From Rhodobacterales bacterium (GTDB lineage Bacteria; Pseudomonadota; Alphaproteobacteria; Rhodobacterales; Rhodobacteraceae), in assembly GCA_003249215.1 (NCBI GenBank), contig QKJR01000063.1, positions 6,195 to 70,194 of the forward strand: a DNA stretch of 64,000 nt, in the 5' to 3' direction. This document shows, piece by piece, positions 28,060 to 38,193 of the stretch. The first letter of the stretch is position 1. The number at the start of each line of letters is the position of its first letter. A program made the position numbers and the translations under genes. The notes beneath the pieces are model-generated. The model searched no databases and was not told the origin of the DNA. It saw only the letters and a program-made list of their open reading frames with translations.

Positions 28060-28902
28060 TCAGAGCCCGTAGCGCGCCCAGAGTGCGCGCTCCTCTGCCG
28101 CGCCGATCAGCGCGGCGGCGGCCTCCGCCCCGAGCGTCGAGCCGGCCTGTGCGCCGAAGCGCCCGAGCCAGCCGCGCTTCGGCCCATAGGGCACCAGACG
28201 CACCTTCTCGCCGTAAAGCGCTTTCAGCTTGGGCACCGGATGGCCGATCCCGTCGATCAGTCCTGTCTCGATCGCCTGCGCGCCGGTCCAGATCTCGCCG
28301 GTGAAGAGGTCCACGCCATCGGCGAGCCGGTCGCCGCGCCGTGCCACGACCTGCGCCTTGAAGGCGCGGTGCATGTCCTCGAGCAGGCGCGTCAGTCGCG
28401 CCACATCCTCGGGCTTTTCCGGGCGGAACGGGTCGAGGAAGCTCTTCGAGCCGCCCGCGGTATGCACCCGCCGCTCGACCCCGTGTTTGGCGATGAGCCC
28501 TTCGAGCCCGAAGCCCGCCGAAATCACCCCGATCGAGCCCACGACCGAGGTCTCATCGGCCCAGATGTCATCGGCGGCGGTGGCCAGCCAATAGCCGCCC
28601 GAAGCTGCCACATCCTCGACGAAGGCATGAACGGGGATCTTCTTTTCGTCCGCCAGCCGCCGGATCCGCGCGGCGATCAGGCTGCTTTGCACCGGCGAGC
28701 CGCCGGGCGAGTTGATGATCAGCGCCACCGCCGCGGGCCGCCCCTTGGCGAAGGCGCGCTCGATCACCGGAGTGAGCGCCGCATCCGACAAACCGGGGGA
28801 GCCCGGCCGGGTAATGCCGATCGCGCCCTGCAGCCGGATCACGGCGACGCGCGGGGGGCGCCTGCGGCGCAGGCGGGCGGGGAGGAAGCGGGTCAAATCC
28901 AT
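28060..28902 (-). CDS. S49-family peptidase (SppA/SohB-like)
   Basis: INSPGGSPVQS, DVAASGGY, GSIGV, FTGEIWTG..A...GLIDG. Confidence 0.92.
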   Translation of the reverse strand: MDLTRFLPARLRRRRPPRVAVIRLQGAIGITRPGSPGLSDAALTPVIERAFAKGRPAAVALIINSPGGSPVQSSLIAARIRRLADEKKIPVHAFVEDVAASGGYWLATAADDIWADETSVVGSIGVISAGFGLEGLIAKHGVERRVHTAGGSKSFLDPFRPEKPEDVARLTRLLEDMHRAFKAQVVARRGDRLADGVDLFTGEIWTGAQAIETGLIDGIGHPVPKLKALYGEKVRLVPYGPKRGWLGRFGAQAGSTLGAEAAAALIGAAEERALWARYGL

Positions 28903-29020
28903 GTGAAGGATGTAAGGAGCGCCCCCGCGCGCGACAACCCGCCGCAGCGCAGAAAGGCGGGGAAATTTTGCCTCCGCGGCCCCTCTGGCGCGGGGGCCGC
29001 GCCACGGCTAGGGTCGGGCA

Positions 29021-29890
29021 ATGATCGACAAGCTCGAAATGTTCATGATCCTGGCGCGCGAGGGGCATTTTGGCCGCGCGGCCGCCGCCTATGGGGTGAC
29101 GCAACCGACGCTCTCCTCGGCGATCCGCGCGCTCGAACAAAGCCTCGGCGTGCAGCTCGTGATGCGCGGGGCGCGTTATCGCGGGCTCACGCCCGAGGGG
29201 GCGCGGGTGCTCGATCATGCCCGCCGGATCGTGGGCGAGGCGCGCGCGATGCAGGATGAAATGCGTCAGGCCCGCCATGGCGTGGCGGGCCATCTGCGCA
29301 TCGGCGTGATCCCGACCGCGCTGCCCCGCGTCGCGCGGCTGACGGCGCCGTTTCTGGCGCGCAACACTGCGGCGCGGGTCAGCATCATCTCGGCGTCGTC
29401 GGCCGAGATCCGCGCCGGGATCGAGGCGCAGGATCTCGATGCCGGGATCACCTATCTCGATGCCGAAGAGCGGCGGATGGATGCCGTGCCCCTCTGGACC
29501 GAGCGCTATCGTCTGGTCGAGCGCGGCAGCAACGCCGGGCCGCTGACCTGGGCCGAGGCCGCGACCCGGCCGCTCTGTCTGCTGACGCCCGAGATGCAGA
29601 ACCGCCGCCTGATCGACGCGCATCTGGCCGAAGCGGGGGCGCGGGTCGCGGCGCCGCGAGTGGCATCGAATTCGACGCTGGCGCTGCTCGCCCATGTCGC
29701 AACGGGGAGCTGGGCCGCGATCCTTGCCGAGGCGCTGAGCGAGGGGTTTTCGCTGCCCGATGGCTGCGTCGCGCGGCCACTCATCGCGCCCGAGGCGAGC
29801 CATTCGGTGGGCCTCGTGACCGGCCATCGCACAACCCAGACGCCGAGCCTGCGGGCGCTGATCGACGAGGCGCGGCGGGTGGCAGATTGA
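29021..29890 (+). CDS. fdsR: LysR-family regulator, FdsR-like
   Basis: HFGRAA..VTQPTLS HTH and MQNRR motif. Directly upstream of the fds operon. Confidence 0.75.
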   Translation: MIDKLEMFMILAREGHFGRAAAAYGVTQPTLSSAIRALEQSLGVQLVMRGARYRGLTPEGARVLDHARRIVGEARAMQDEMRQARHGVAGHLRIGVIPTALPRVARLTAPFLARNTAARVSIISASSAEIRAGIEAQDLDAGITYLDAEERRMDAVPLWTERYRLVERGSNAGPLTWAEAATRPLCLLTPEMQNRRLIDAHLAEAGARVAAPRVASNSTLALLAHVATGSWAAILAEALSEGFSLPDGCVARPLIAPEASHSVGLVTGHRTTQTPSLRALIDEARRVAD

Positions 29891-29953
29891 TAGATAGTGC
29901 CTATTGCTTGACGAGTAATTGAAATTGATTTGCCTATCATCCTGCGCTAGCCC
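29890..29953 (+). promoter_or_regulatory. LysR box and promoter of the fds operon
   Basis: ATAG-N7-CTAT dyad (29890-29904, T-N11-A core), then TTGATT-N17-TAGCCC in an AT-rich spacer. Confidence 0.55.
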
Positions 29954-29985
29954 GGGATCAGCCAAGACCCCGAGGGAGGATAGCC

Positions 29986-30477
29986 ATGAAGGATGCCGCG
30001 CCAGTGGCCTTGCCGCCCGCGCCTGCGCGCCTGAGCGAGGGGATTGCCGAGGTGCTCGCCGCCCATGAGGGGCAGGAGGGGGCGCTTCTGCCGATCCTGC
30101 ACGATCTTCAGGCCGAATTCGGTTATGTGCCGCCCGAGAGCTATGACGCGATCGCCGAGGCGCTGCGGCTGAGCCGGGCCGAGGTGGCGGGTGTCGTCGG
30201 CTTCTACCACGATTTCCGGGCAGCACCTGCTGCGCGCCATGTGATCAAGCTCTGCCGGGCCGAGGCCTGTCAGGCGATGAATGGTGCGGCCACGCAGGCG
30301 CGGCTCGAGCACGCGCTGGGGATGAAGCTCGGCGAGACCAAGGGCAATGTGGCGCTGGAGGCGGTCTATTGTCTGGGGCTCTGCGCCTGTGCGCCGGCGG
30401 CGATGGTCGGTGATCGGCTGGTTGGGCGGCTCGATGACACCGCGATTGCGGCGATTGCCGAGGAGGTCCGGGCATGA
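29986..30477 (+). CDS. fdsG: NAD-dependent formate dehydrogenase gamma subunit (NuoE-like)
   Basis: LLPILH, SRAEV.GV..FYHDF, CRAEAC, CLGLCACAP [2Fe-2S] cysteines. Confidence 0.95.
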   Translation: MKDAAPVALPPAPARLSEGIAEVLAAHEGQEGALLPILHDLQAEFGYVPPESYDAIAEALRLSRAEVAGVVGFYHDFRAAPAARHVIKLCRAEACQAMNGAATQARLEHALGMKLGETKGNVALEAVYCLGLCACAPAAMVGDRLVGRLDDTAIAAIAEEVRA

Positions 30478-32000
30478 AGGTTTTCGTTCCGATTGATGCC
30501 GCCGCCCGCGCCTGTGGCGCCGATCTGGTCGCCGCCGCCGTGGTTTCCGCGGCTGGGCTGCGCGGGGTCGAGGTCGAGCTGATCCGCACCGGCACCCGCG
30601 GTATGGTCTGGCTCGAACCGCTCGTGGAGGTCGAGACCGAGGCGGGCCGGATGGCCTTTGGCCCGATGACACCGGCCGATGTGCCCGCCCTCTTCGACGC
30701 GCCCGAGAGCCATCCCAAGGCGCTGGGCCTGACCGAGGAAATCCCCTTTCTGAAACGTCAGACGCGGCTCACCTTCGCGCGCTGCGGCGTGATCGACCCG
30801 CTCGATCTGGCGGCCTACGAGGCGACCGGGGGCATGGCCGGGCTGCGCAAGGCCTCGGTCACCAAGCCCGAAGAAGTGGTCGACCAGATCGCCGCCTCGG
30901 GCCTGCGCGGGCGCGGCGGGGCGGGCTTCCCCACGGGGATCAAATGGCGCACCGTGCTGCATGCCAAGGCGCCGCAGAAATACATCGTCTGCAATGCCGA
31001 CGAGGGCGATTCGGGCAGCTTTGCCGACCGGATGCTGATGGAGGGCGATCCCTTCACCCTGATCGAGGGGATGGCGATTGCCGGGATCGCGACCGGGGCC
31101 ACCAAGGGCTTCGTCTATATCCGCTCCGAATACCCAGACGCGATCCGGGTGATGCGCGAAGCTGTCGTGATCGCGACCCGCGCGGGCATGATCGGCGCGA
31201 GCGTTCTGGGCAGCGCCCATGCCTTCGATCTGGAAATCCGGGTCGGCGCCGGTGCCTATGTCTGTGGCGAGGAGACCTCGCTCCTGAACAGCCTCGAGGG
31301 CAAGCGCGGCGTGGTGCGCGCCAAGCCGCCGCTGCCCGCGCTGCACGGCTTCATGGGCCGCCCGACGGTGGTGAATAACGTGCTGTCGCTGGCGGCGGTG
31401 CCGTGGATCATGGCGCATGGCGCGCAGGCCTATCATGATATCGGCGTGGGCCGCTCGCGCGGCACGATCCCGCTGCAGATTGCGGGCAATGTGAAATTCG
31501 GCGGGCTTTTCGAGACCGGCTTCGGCATTACGCTGGGCGAGATCGTGATGGAGATCGGCGGCGGCACGGCCTCGGGGCGCCCGGTCAAGGCGGTGCAGGT
31601 GGGCGGGCCCCTGGGCGCCTATCACCCGGTTTCGGATTTCGGCCTTGCCTTCTGCTATGAGGAGTTCGCGGGCCAGGGCGGGCTGATCGGGCACGCAGGC
31701 CTCGTGGTGCATGACGAGGCGGCCGACATGCTCGGCCTTGCGCGCTTCGCGATGGAGTTCTGCGCGGTCGAGAGCTGTGGCAAATGCACGCCCTGCCGGA
31801 TCGGCGCGGTGCGCGGCGTGGAAACGCTCGACCGGTTGCGGGCGGGCGACACGGCGGCCCTGCCGCTGATCGAAGACCTCTGCGAGACGATGAAGCTCGG
31901 CTCGCTCTGCGCGCTCGGCGGCTTCACGCCCTATCCGGTGCTCTCGGCAATCCGGAACTTCCCCGAGGAATTCATGCCCCAGCAGGAGGCCGCGGAATGA
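30474..32000 (+). CDS. fdsB: Formate dehydrogenase beta subunit (NuoF-like, FMN/NADH)
   Basis: GLRGRGGAGFPTG, CNADEGDSG, GAGAYVCGEET, ESCGKCTPCR. Confidence 0.95.
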   Translation: MKVFVPIDAAARACGADLVAAAVVSAAGLRGVEVELIRTGTRGMVWLEPLVEVETEAGRMAFGPMTPADVPALFDAPESHPKALGLTEEIPFLKRQTRLTFARCGVIDPLDLAAYEATGGMAGLRKASVTKPEEVVDQIAASGLRGRGGAGFPTGIKWRTVLHAKAPQKYIVCNADEGDSGSFADRMLMEGDPFTLIEGMAIAGIATGATKGFVYIRSEYPDAIRVMREAVVIATRAGMIGASVLGSAHAFDLEIRVGAGAYVCGEETSLLNSLEGKRGVVRAKPPLPALHGFMGRPTVVNNVLSLAAVPWIMAHGAQAYHDIGVGRSRGTIPLQIAGNVKFGGLFETGFGITLGEIVMEIGGGTASGRPVKAVQVGGPLGAYHPVSDFGLAFCYEEFAGQGGLIGHAGLVVHDEAADMLGLARFAMEFCAVESCGKCTPCRIGAVRGVETLDRLRAGDTAALPLIEDLCETMKLGSLCALGGFTPYPVLSAIRNFPEEFMPQQEAAE

Positions 32001-34873
32001 AAGATCTGATCATCCCCCCGAAAGGCTGGACCAAGGATATGGGCACGCCGGAGCGGACCGGCAAACCCGTCCATCTGACGATCGACGGCGTGGCGGTGAC
32101 CGTGCCCGCGGGCACCTCGGTGATGCGCGCCGCGGCCGATGCCGGGATCACCATTCCCAAGCTTTGCGCGACCGACAGCCTTGAGCCGATCGGCTCGTGT
32201 CGGCTCTGCATGGTGGAGATCGACGGCATGCGCGGCACGCCCGCGTCCTGCACGACCCCGGTGACCGAGGGGATGCAGGTTCATACCCAGACCGATCAGC
32301 TCGCCCGCCTGCGCAAGGGGGTGATGGAGCTTTATATCTCGGATCACCCGCTCGACTGCCTGACCTGCGCGGCCAATGGCGATTGCGAGCTGCAGGATAT
32401 GGCGGGCGCCGTCGGTCTGCGCGAGGTGCGGTATCAGAAGGGCGAGAACCATTTCGAGGTGCGCGCGAATGGCGAGGCCAATCCGCGCTATATCGCCAAG
32501 GATATCTCGAACCCCTATTTCAGCTATGACCCGGCGAAATGCATCGTCTGCATGCGCTGCGTGCGGGCCTGTGAAGAGGTGCAGGGCACCTTCGCGCTGA
32601 CCATCGAGGGCCGCGGGTTCGATGCGCGCATCGCGACCGCGGCGCCGGATTTCCTCGCCTCCGATTGCGTGAGCTGCGGCGCCTGCGTGCAGGCCTGCCC
32701 GACCGCGACGCTGGTCGAGAAATCGGTCGAGGAAATCGGCACGCCGGAGCGGTCCGTGGTCACAACCTGCGCCTATTGCGGTGTGGGCTGTTCCTTCGAG
32801 GCGCAGATGCGCGGCGATCAGCTGGTGCGCATGGTGCCGTGGAAGGGCGGCGAGGCGAACCGCGGGCATAGCTGTGTCAAGGGCCGCTTCGCCTATGGCT
32901 ATGCGAGCCACAAGGACCGGATCCTGAACCCGATGATCCGCGAGGCGACCGATCAGCCTTGGCGCGAGGTCAGCTGGGAAGAGGCGCTGGAATTCACCGC
33001 GAACCGGCTCACCGCGATCCGCGAGAAACACGGCCGCAATGCGCTCGGCGTCATCACCTCGTCGCGCTGCACCAACGAGGAAACCTTCCTCGTGCAGAAG
33101 CTCGCCCGCGCGGTCTTTGGCACCAACAACACCGATACCTGCGCGCGGGTCTGCCATTCGCCGACCGGCTATGGGCTGAAGCAGACCTTCGGCACCTCGG
33201 CGGGCACGCAGAACTTCGATTCGGTCGAGAAGACCGATCTGGCGCTGGTGATCGGCGCGAACCCGACCGACGGGCATCCGGTCTTTGCGAGCCGGCTGCG
33301 CAAGCGGCTGCGGGCGGGGGCGAAGCTCATCGTGATCGACCCGCGACGGATCGACCTGTTGGAGACCCCGCACCTTGTCGAGAACTGGCACCTGCCGCTG
33401 CGCCCCGGCACCAACGTCGCCGTGCTGACCGCGATGGCGCATGTGATCGTGACCGAGGCGCTGACCGATCAGACCTTCATCGCCGAGCGCTGCGATCTCG
33501 ATGAATGGGCCGATTACGCCGAATTCGTGCGCAACCCCGAGTATGCGCCCGAGGCGGTCGAGGGGCTGACCGGGGTGCCGGCGGCGCTGCTGCGGGAGGC
33601 CGCGCGGGCCTATGCCGCGGCGCCCAATGCCGCGATCTATTATGGTCTGGGCGTGACCGAGCACAGCCAGGGCTCGACCACAGTCATCGCCATCGCCAAC
33701 CTCGCGATGATGACCGGGAACATCGGGCGCGAGGGCGTGGGCGTGAACCCGCTGCGCGGTCAGAACAACGTGCAGGGCTCGTGCGACATGGGATCGTTCC
33801 CGCACGAACTGCCGGGCTATCGCCACGTTTCGGACGACAGCGCCCGCGCGATCTTCGAACGCGTCTGGGGCGTGACGCTCGACCCCGAGCCCGGCCTGCG
33901 CATCCCCAACATGCTCGACGCGGCCGTGGGCGGCACCTTCAAGGCGCTCTACGTTCAAGGCGAGGACATCCTGCAATCCGACCCGGATACCCGTCATGTG
34001 GCCGCGGGCCTCGCGGCGATGGACTGCGTGATCGTCCACGATCTTTTCCTCAACGAGACCGCGAACCACGCCCATGTCTTCCTGCCCGGGTCGAGCTTCC
34101 TCGAGAAGGACGGCACCTTCACCAATGCCGAGCGGCGGATCAACCCGGTGCGGCGCGTGATGGCACCCAAGGCGCGCTATGCCGATTGGGAGGTCACACA
34201 GCTTCTGGCCAATGCGCTGGGCGCGGGGTGGAGCTACACCCATCCGCGCGAGATCATGGCCGAGATCGCGGCAACGACGCCCGGGTTTGCCAATGTGACC
34301 TATGAGCTGCTCGATCAGCGTGGCTCGGTGCAATGGCCCTGCAACGATGACGCGCCGGAGGGCTCGCCGATCATGCATATCGACGGCTTCGTGCGCGGCA
34401 AGGGGCGGTTCATCCGCACGGCTTACGTGCCGACCGAGGAGCGCACGGGGCCGCGCTTCCCGCTTCTGCTGACCACGGGGCGGATCCTGAGCCAGTATAA
34501 CGTGGGCGCCCAGACGCGGCGCACCGAGAACGTGGTCTGGCATGATCAGGATGTGCTCGAGATCCACCCGCACGACGCCGAGACGCGTGGTGTGAAAGAG
34601 GGCGACTGGGTGCGTCTGGCGAGCCGTGCGGGCGAGACCAGCCTGCGCGCGCGGATCACCGACCGCGTGAGCCCGGGCGTGGTCTACACCACCTTCCACC
34701 ACCCCGATACGCAGGCCAACGTCGTCACCACCGACAATTCCGACTGGGCGACGAACTGCCCGGAATACAAGGTGACGGCGGTGCAGGTCGCGCTCTCGAA
34801 CGGGCCCTCGGCCTGGCAGGAAAGCTATAACGCCCAGGCCGAGGCCGCGCGGCGGATCGAGGCGGCGGAATGA
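31997..34873 (+). CDS. fdsA: Formate dehydrogenase alpha subunit (Mo-bis-MGD; Cys ligand)
   Basis: N-terminal Fe-S motifs; CAYCGVGC, CARVCH (Cys-His active site), PLRGQNNVQG. ATGA-coupled to fdsB. Confidence 0.96.
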   Translation: MKDLIIPPKGWTKDMGTPERTGKPVHLTIDGVAVTVPAGTSVMRAAADAGITIPKLCATDSLEPIGSCRLCMVEIDGMRGTPASCTTPVTEGMQVHTQTDQLARLRKGVMELYISDHPLDCLTCAANGDCELQDMAGAVGLREVRYQKGENHFEVRANGEANPRYIAKDISNPYFSYDPAKCIVCMRCVRACEEVQGTFALTIEGRGFDARIATAAPDFLASDCVSCGACVQACPTATLVEKSVEEIGTPERSVVTTCAYCGVGCSFEAQMRGDQLVRMVPWKGGEANRGHSCVKGRFAYGYASHKDRILNPMIREATDQPWREVSWEEALEFTANRLTAIREKHGRNALGVITSSRCTNEETFLVQKLARAVFGTNNTDTCARVCHSPTGYGLKQTFGTSAGTQNFDSVEKTDLALVIGANPTDGHPVFASRLRKRLRAGAKLIVIDPRRIDLLETPHLVENWHLPLRPGTNVAVLTAMAHVIVTEALTDQTFIAERCDLDEWADYAEFVRNPEYAPEAVEGLTGVPAALLREAARAYAAAPNAAIYYGLGVTEHSQGSTTVIAIANLAMMTGNIGREGVGVNPLRGQNNVQGSCDMGSFPHELPGYRHVSDDSARAIFERVWGVTLDPEPGLRIPNMLDAAVGGTFKALYVQGEDILQSDPDTRHVAAGLAAMDCVIVHDLFLNETANHAHVFLPGSSFLEKDGTFTNAERRINPVRRVMAPKARYADWEVTQLLANALGAGWSYTHPREIMAEIAATTPGFANVTYELLDQRGSVQWPCNDDAPEGSPIMHIDGFVRGKGRFIRTAYVPTEERTGPRFPLLLTTGRILSQYNVGAQTRRTENVVWHDQDVLEIHPHDAETRGVKEGDWVRLASRAGETSLRARITDRVSPGVVYTTFHHPDTQANVVTTDNSDWATNCPEYKVTAVQVALSNGPSAWQESYNAQAEAARRIEAAE

Positions 34874-35682
34874 GCAGACTGCCCCGAGATCTGCCCTCCG
34901 GCGCGGTTCGGGTCTGGCTCGGCGCGGGCGCCGAGGTTCTGGCCGAAGAGGTGCCGGTGGCGCTCGTCTATGACGGGGTGACGCAGGCGGTGATGATGGC
35001 GACGCCCGCCGATCTGGAGGATTTTCTGCTCGGCTTTGCCCTCACCGAGGGGCTGATCGACGCCCCCGCGCAATTGACCCGCACCGAGATCGTGGCGCAA
35101 CCGCGCGGGATCGAGGCGCGCGGTTGGCTCGCGGCACCCGCGGGCGCGCGCTTTGCCGAGCGGCGCCGCGCGATGGCGGGGCCGGTTGGCTGCGGGCTTT
35201 GCGGGATCGACAGTCTGGAACAGGCGCTGCGCCCGCTGCGGCCCGTTGCCTCCGGCGCGATCGCGGGCAACCCCGACAATCTCGCGCGGCTGGCCTTCGA
35301 TGCCTTGCGCGCGGGGCAGGGGCTGCAGGATGCGGTGCGCGCGGTCCATGCGGCGGGCTTCTGGATGCCCGGGCGCGGGCTGATCGCGCTGTGCGAGGAT
35401 GTCGGGCGGCACAACGCGCTCGACAAGCTCGCCGGCCGGCTTGCGCGCGCGGGGATCGAGCCGGGCAGTGGCGCGGTGGTGATGACCTCGCGGCTCTCGG
35501 TCGATCTGGTGCAGAAGGCCGCGACGATCGGGGCGGGGGCGCTGATCGCCCCCTCGGCGCCGACCGCGCTCGCCGTGACCGAGGCGCGCGCCGCCGGTCT
35601 GCGCCTGATCGCGCGGGCGCCGCATCTGGGCCATTTCGTCGATTATTCCGATCCCCCTCCCGCACAGGATGACGCCGCATGA
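34870..35682 (+). CDS. fdhD: FDH sulfurtransferase FdsC/FdhD
   Basis: MMATP, GCGLCG, EDVGRHNALDKL. Confidence 0.94.
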   Translation: MSRLPRDLPSGAVRVWLGAGAEVLAEEVPVALVYDGVTQAVMMATPADLEDFLLGFALTEGLIDAPAQLTRTEIVAQPRGIEARGWLAAPAGARFAERRRAMAGPVGCGLCGIDSLEQALRPLRPVASGAIAGNPDNLARLAFDALRAGQGLQDAVRAVHAAGFWMPGRGLIALCEDVGRHNALDKLAGRLARAGIEPGSGAVVMTSRLSVDLVQKAATIGAGALIAPSAPTALAVTEARAAGLRLIARAPHLGHFVDYSDPPPAQDDAA

Positions 35683-35903
35683 GCGAGGACAAGCTGGTCC
35701 GCATGGCCAATCAGATCGCCACCTTCTTCGAGGTCCAGCCGAGCGACCGTGCCGGATCCGTGGCCGCCCATATCAACGAGAACTGGTCGCCGCCGATGCG
35801 CGCGGGGCTCCTCGCCCATGCCGCGGCCGGGGGCGAGGGGCTCTCGCCGCTCGCGCGCGAGGCGGTCGCCTTCGTGCGTCCCGCGCTCGGGCAGGACGCC
35901 TGA
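35679..35903 (+). CDS. fdsD: Formate dehydrogenase delta subunit
   Basis: KLVRMANQIATFF...HI..NW.P.MR. Confidence 0.92.
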   Translation: MSEDKLVRMANQIATFFEVQPSDRAGSVAAHINENWSPPMRAGLLAHAAAGGEGLSPLAREAVAFVRPALGQDA

Positions 35904-35909
35904 TCCGCC

Positions 35910-37922
35910 TCAGAGTGCCGCGCCGAGCCGGGTGCCCTGGTCGATGGCGCGTTTCGCGTCGAGCTCGCCCGCCACATCCGCGCCGCCAATCACATGCGGA
36001 GCTCGCCCCGCGGCGATGAGCTGATCGGCCAGACCGCGCGCGCTGAGCTGACCGGCGCAGAGCACGACCGTATCGGCCTCGATCAGCGTGGGATTTTCTC
36101 GCGCGGGCCCGAAGCTCACATGAAGCCCCGCTTCATCTATCGCCTCGTAATTTACCCCGCCGATCATCTTGACCCCCTTGGCGGCCAGCGCCGCGCGGTG
36201 GATCCAGCCGGTGGTCTTGCCAAGCTTGCGCCCGGGTTTCTCGGGTTTGCGCTGCAACAGCGTGACGGTGCGGGCCGGGGGCTCGGGCGCCGGTTTGGCA
36301 AGACCGCCCGGCGTCTCGGCCGGATCGCCGACGCCCCATTCGCGCCGCCAGTCGTCGAGATCGAGCGTCGGGCTCTCCTCCACTGTCAGGAATTCGGCCA
36401 CGTCAAAGCCGATACCGCCGGCGCCGACGATCGCAACACGCGGGCCCGCGATGGCACGGCCGGTCAGGATGTCGATATAGCTCACCGCGCGTGCCTGCCC
36501 GGGGATGCCCGGGTCGCGCGGGGTGACGCCGGTCGCGATCACCACCTCGTCGAAGGGCGCCAGCAGATCGGGCGTGGCCTCGGTATTCAGCCGGACCGTC
36601 ACACCCGCGCGTTCCAGCATCACGGCGAACCAGTCGGTGAGGCCGTGGAACTCCTCCTTGCCGGGCACGCGCCGCGCCATGGTCAGTTGCCCGCCAATTT
36701 CTGCCGCCCGATCGAAGAGCGTCACCGCATGGCCGCGCCCGGCCGCGGTGATCGCGGCCGAAAGGCCCGCAGGCCCCGCGCCGACCACGGCCACGGTCTT
36801 GGGCGCTGCGGTGGGGGTGATCACCAGATCGGTCTCGAATCCCGCCCGCGGGTTCACGAGGCAGGAGCTGACCTTGCCCGAGAAGGTGTGATCGAGGCAG
36901 GCCTGATTGCAGGCGATGCAGGGGGCGATCTCGTCGGCGCGGCCGGTCGCGGCCTTCACCACGAAATCGGGATCGGCGAGGAAGGGGCGCGCGAGGCTCA
37001 CCATATCCGCGTCGCCCCGGGCGAGGATGTCTTCGGCCACTTCGGGGTGGTTGATCCGGTTCGAGGTGATGACCGGAATGCCGACCTCGGGGCGCAGGCG
37101 CGCGGTGAGCCAGGTGAAGGCCGCGCGCGGGACCGAGGTGGCGATGGTGGGCACCCGCGCCTCGTGCCAGCCAATGCCGGTGTTGAGCAGGCTTGCCCCC
37201 GCGCCCTCGATGGCCTTCGCAAGCGTCACCACCTCGTCCCAGGTCGAGCCCTCGGGCACGAGGTCGATGAGCGAAATGCGGAAGATCACGATGAAATCGG
37301 ACCCGACGGCGGCGCGCACACGCTTCATCACCTCGACCGGCAGGCGCATCCGGTTCTCGTAAGACCCGCCCCAGCCGTCTTCGCGCCGGTTCACATGGCG
37401 CACGAGGAACTGGTTGAGGAAATAGCCCTCGGAGCCCATCACCTCGACGCCGTCATAGCCCGCCTCGCGCGCGCGCGCCGCCGCGGTGGCGATGTCGGCA
37501 ATCTGTTTCTCGATCCCCGCCTCGTCCAGCGCGCGCGGGGCGAAGGGCGAGATCGGCGATTTCACCGCACTGGCCGAGACGCAATCGGGGCCATAGGCAT
37601 AGCGCCCGGCGTGCAGGATCTGCATCGCGATCCGCCCGCCGGCCTCATGCACGCGGTCGGTGACGATGCGGTGATGCGCGATGTCCTGCGCGGTATAAAG
37701 GCCCGAGGCGCCGGGGAAGACGCCACCCTCGGGGTTCGGCGCCATGCCGCCCGTCACCATCAGCCCGACGCCGCCGCGCGCCCGCGTCGCATAGAACTCG
37801 GCCACCGCGTTCCAGTCGCCGCGCTCCTCGAGATTGGTGTGCATCGAGCCCATCAGCACCCGGTTGGGCAGTGTGACGTGGCCCAGAGCGAGCGGGCGCA
37901 GAAGATGCGGATATTGGCTCAT
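35910..37922 (-). CDS. fadH: NADPH-dependent 2,4-dienoyl-CoA reductase
   Basis: NRVLMGSMHT, MGSEGY, GIGWHEAR.PTI, CIACNQACLDH, GKTTGWIHR. Confidence 0.95.
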   Translation of the reverse strand: MSQYPHLLRPLALGHVTLPNRVLMGSMHTNLEERGDWNAVAEFYATRARGGVGLMVTGGMAPNPEGGVFPGASGLYTAQDIAHHRIVTDRVHEAGGRIAMQILHAGRYAYGPDCVSASAVKSPISPFAPRALDEAGIEKQIADIATAAARAREAGYDGVEVMGSEGYFLNQFLVRHVNRREDGWGGSYENRMRLPVEVMKRVRAAVGSDFIVIFRISLIDLVPEGSTWDEVVTLAKAIEGAGASLLNTGIGWHEARVPTIATSVPRAAFTWLTARLRPEVGIPVITSNRINHPEVAEDILARGDADMVSLARPFLADPDFVVKAATGRADEIAPCIACNQACLDHTFSGKVSSCLVNPRAGFETDLVITPTAAPKTVAVVGAGPAGLSAAITAAGRGHAVTLFDRAAEIGGQLTMARRVPGKEEFHGLTDWFAVMLERAGVTVRLNTEATPDLLAPFDEVVIATGVTPRDPGIPGQARAVSYIDILTGRAIAGPRVAIVGAGGIGFDVAEFLTVEESPTLDLDDWRREWGVGDPAETPGGLAKPAPEPPARTVTLLQRKPEKPGRKLGKTTGWIHRAALAAKGVKMIGGVNYEAIDEAGLHVSFGPARENPTLIEADTVVLCAGQLSARGLADQLIAAGRAPHVIGGADVAGELDAKRAIDQGTRLGAAL

Positions 37923-38193
37923 GGTCTCTCCCCCCGTGATGCCCTCGACCCAAATTGCCGTGGCCCCGCGCGACTGTCACGCGCTACGCGGCGTCATTGT
38001 TTCGCGGGCGGAAAACTTGCCGTCGGGGCACCCGTCTGGCGCCCGGGCAGGCTCTTTCCGGCTGTCGAACAATCGTTTCCCCGCCTTAACCCAACCGTGC
38101 AATTTCCCCGGTATTGTCCCCGCTTGGCCGCATTTGCGCCCGATTTCGGCGCGAGAACTTGGTCAAACACGAAACGTCCACGAAGGGTGCACA

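Noticed and set aside
31931-34702. Very long antisense ORFs (923 aa opposite fdsA; others opposite smc, spoT, fadH, opgG and slt)
   Set aside because: Shadow ORFs expected from high-GC codon bias. They are Arg/Gly/His-rich, have no motifs, and fully overlap well-supported genes.
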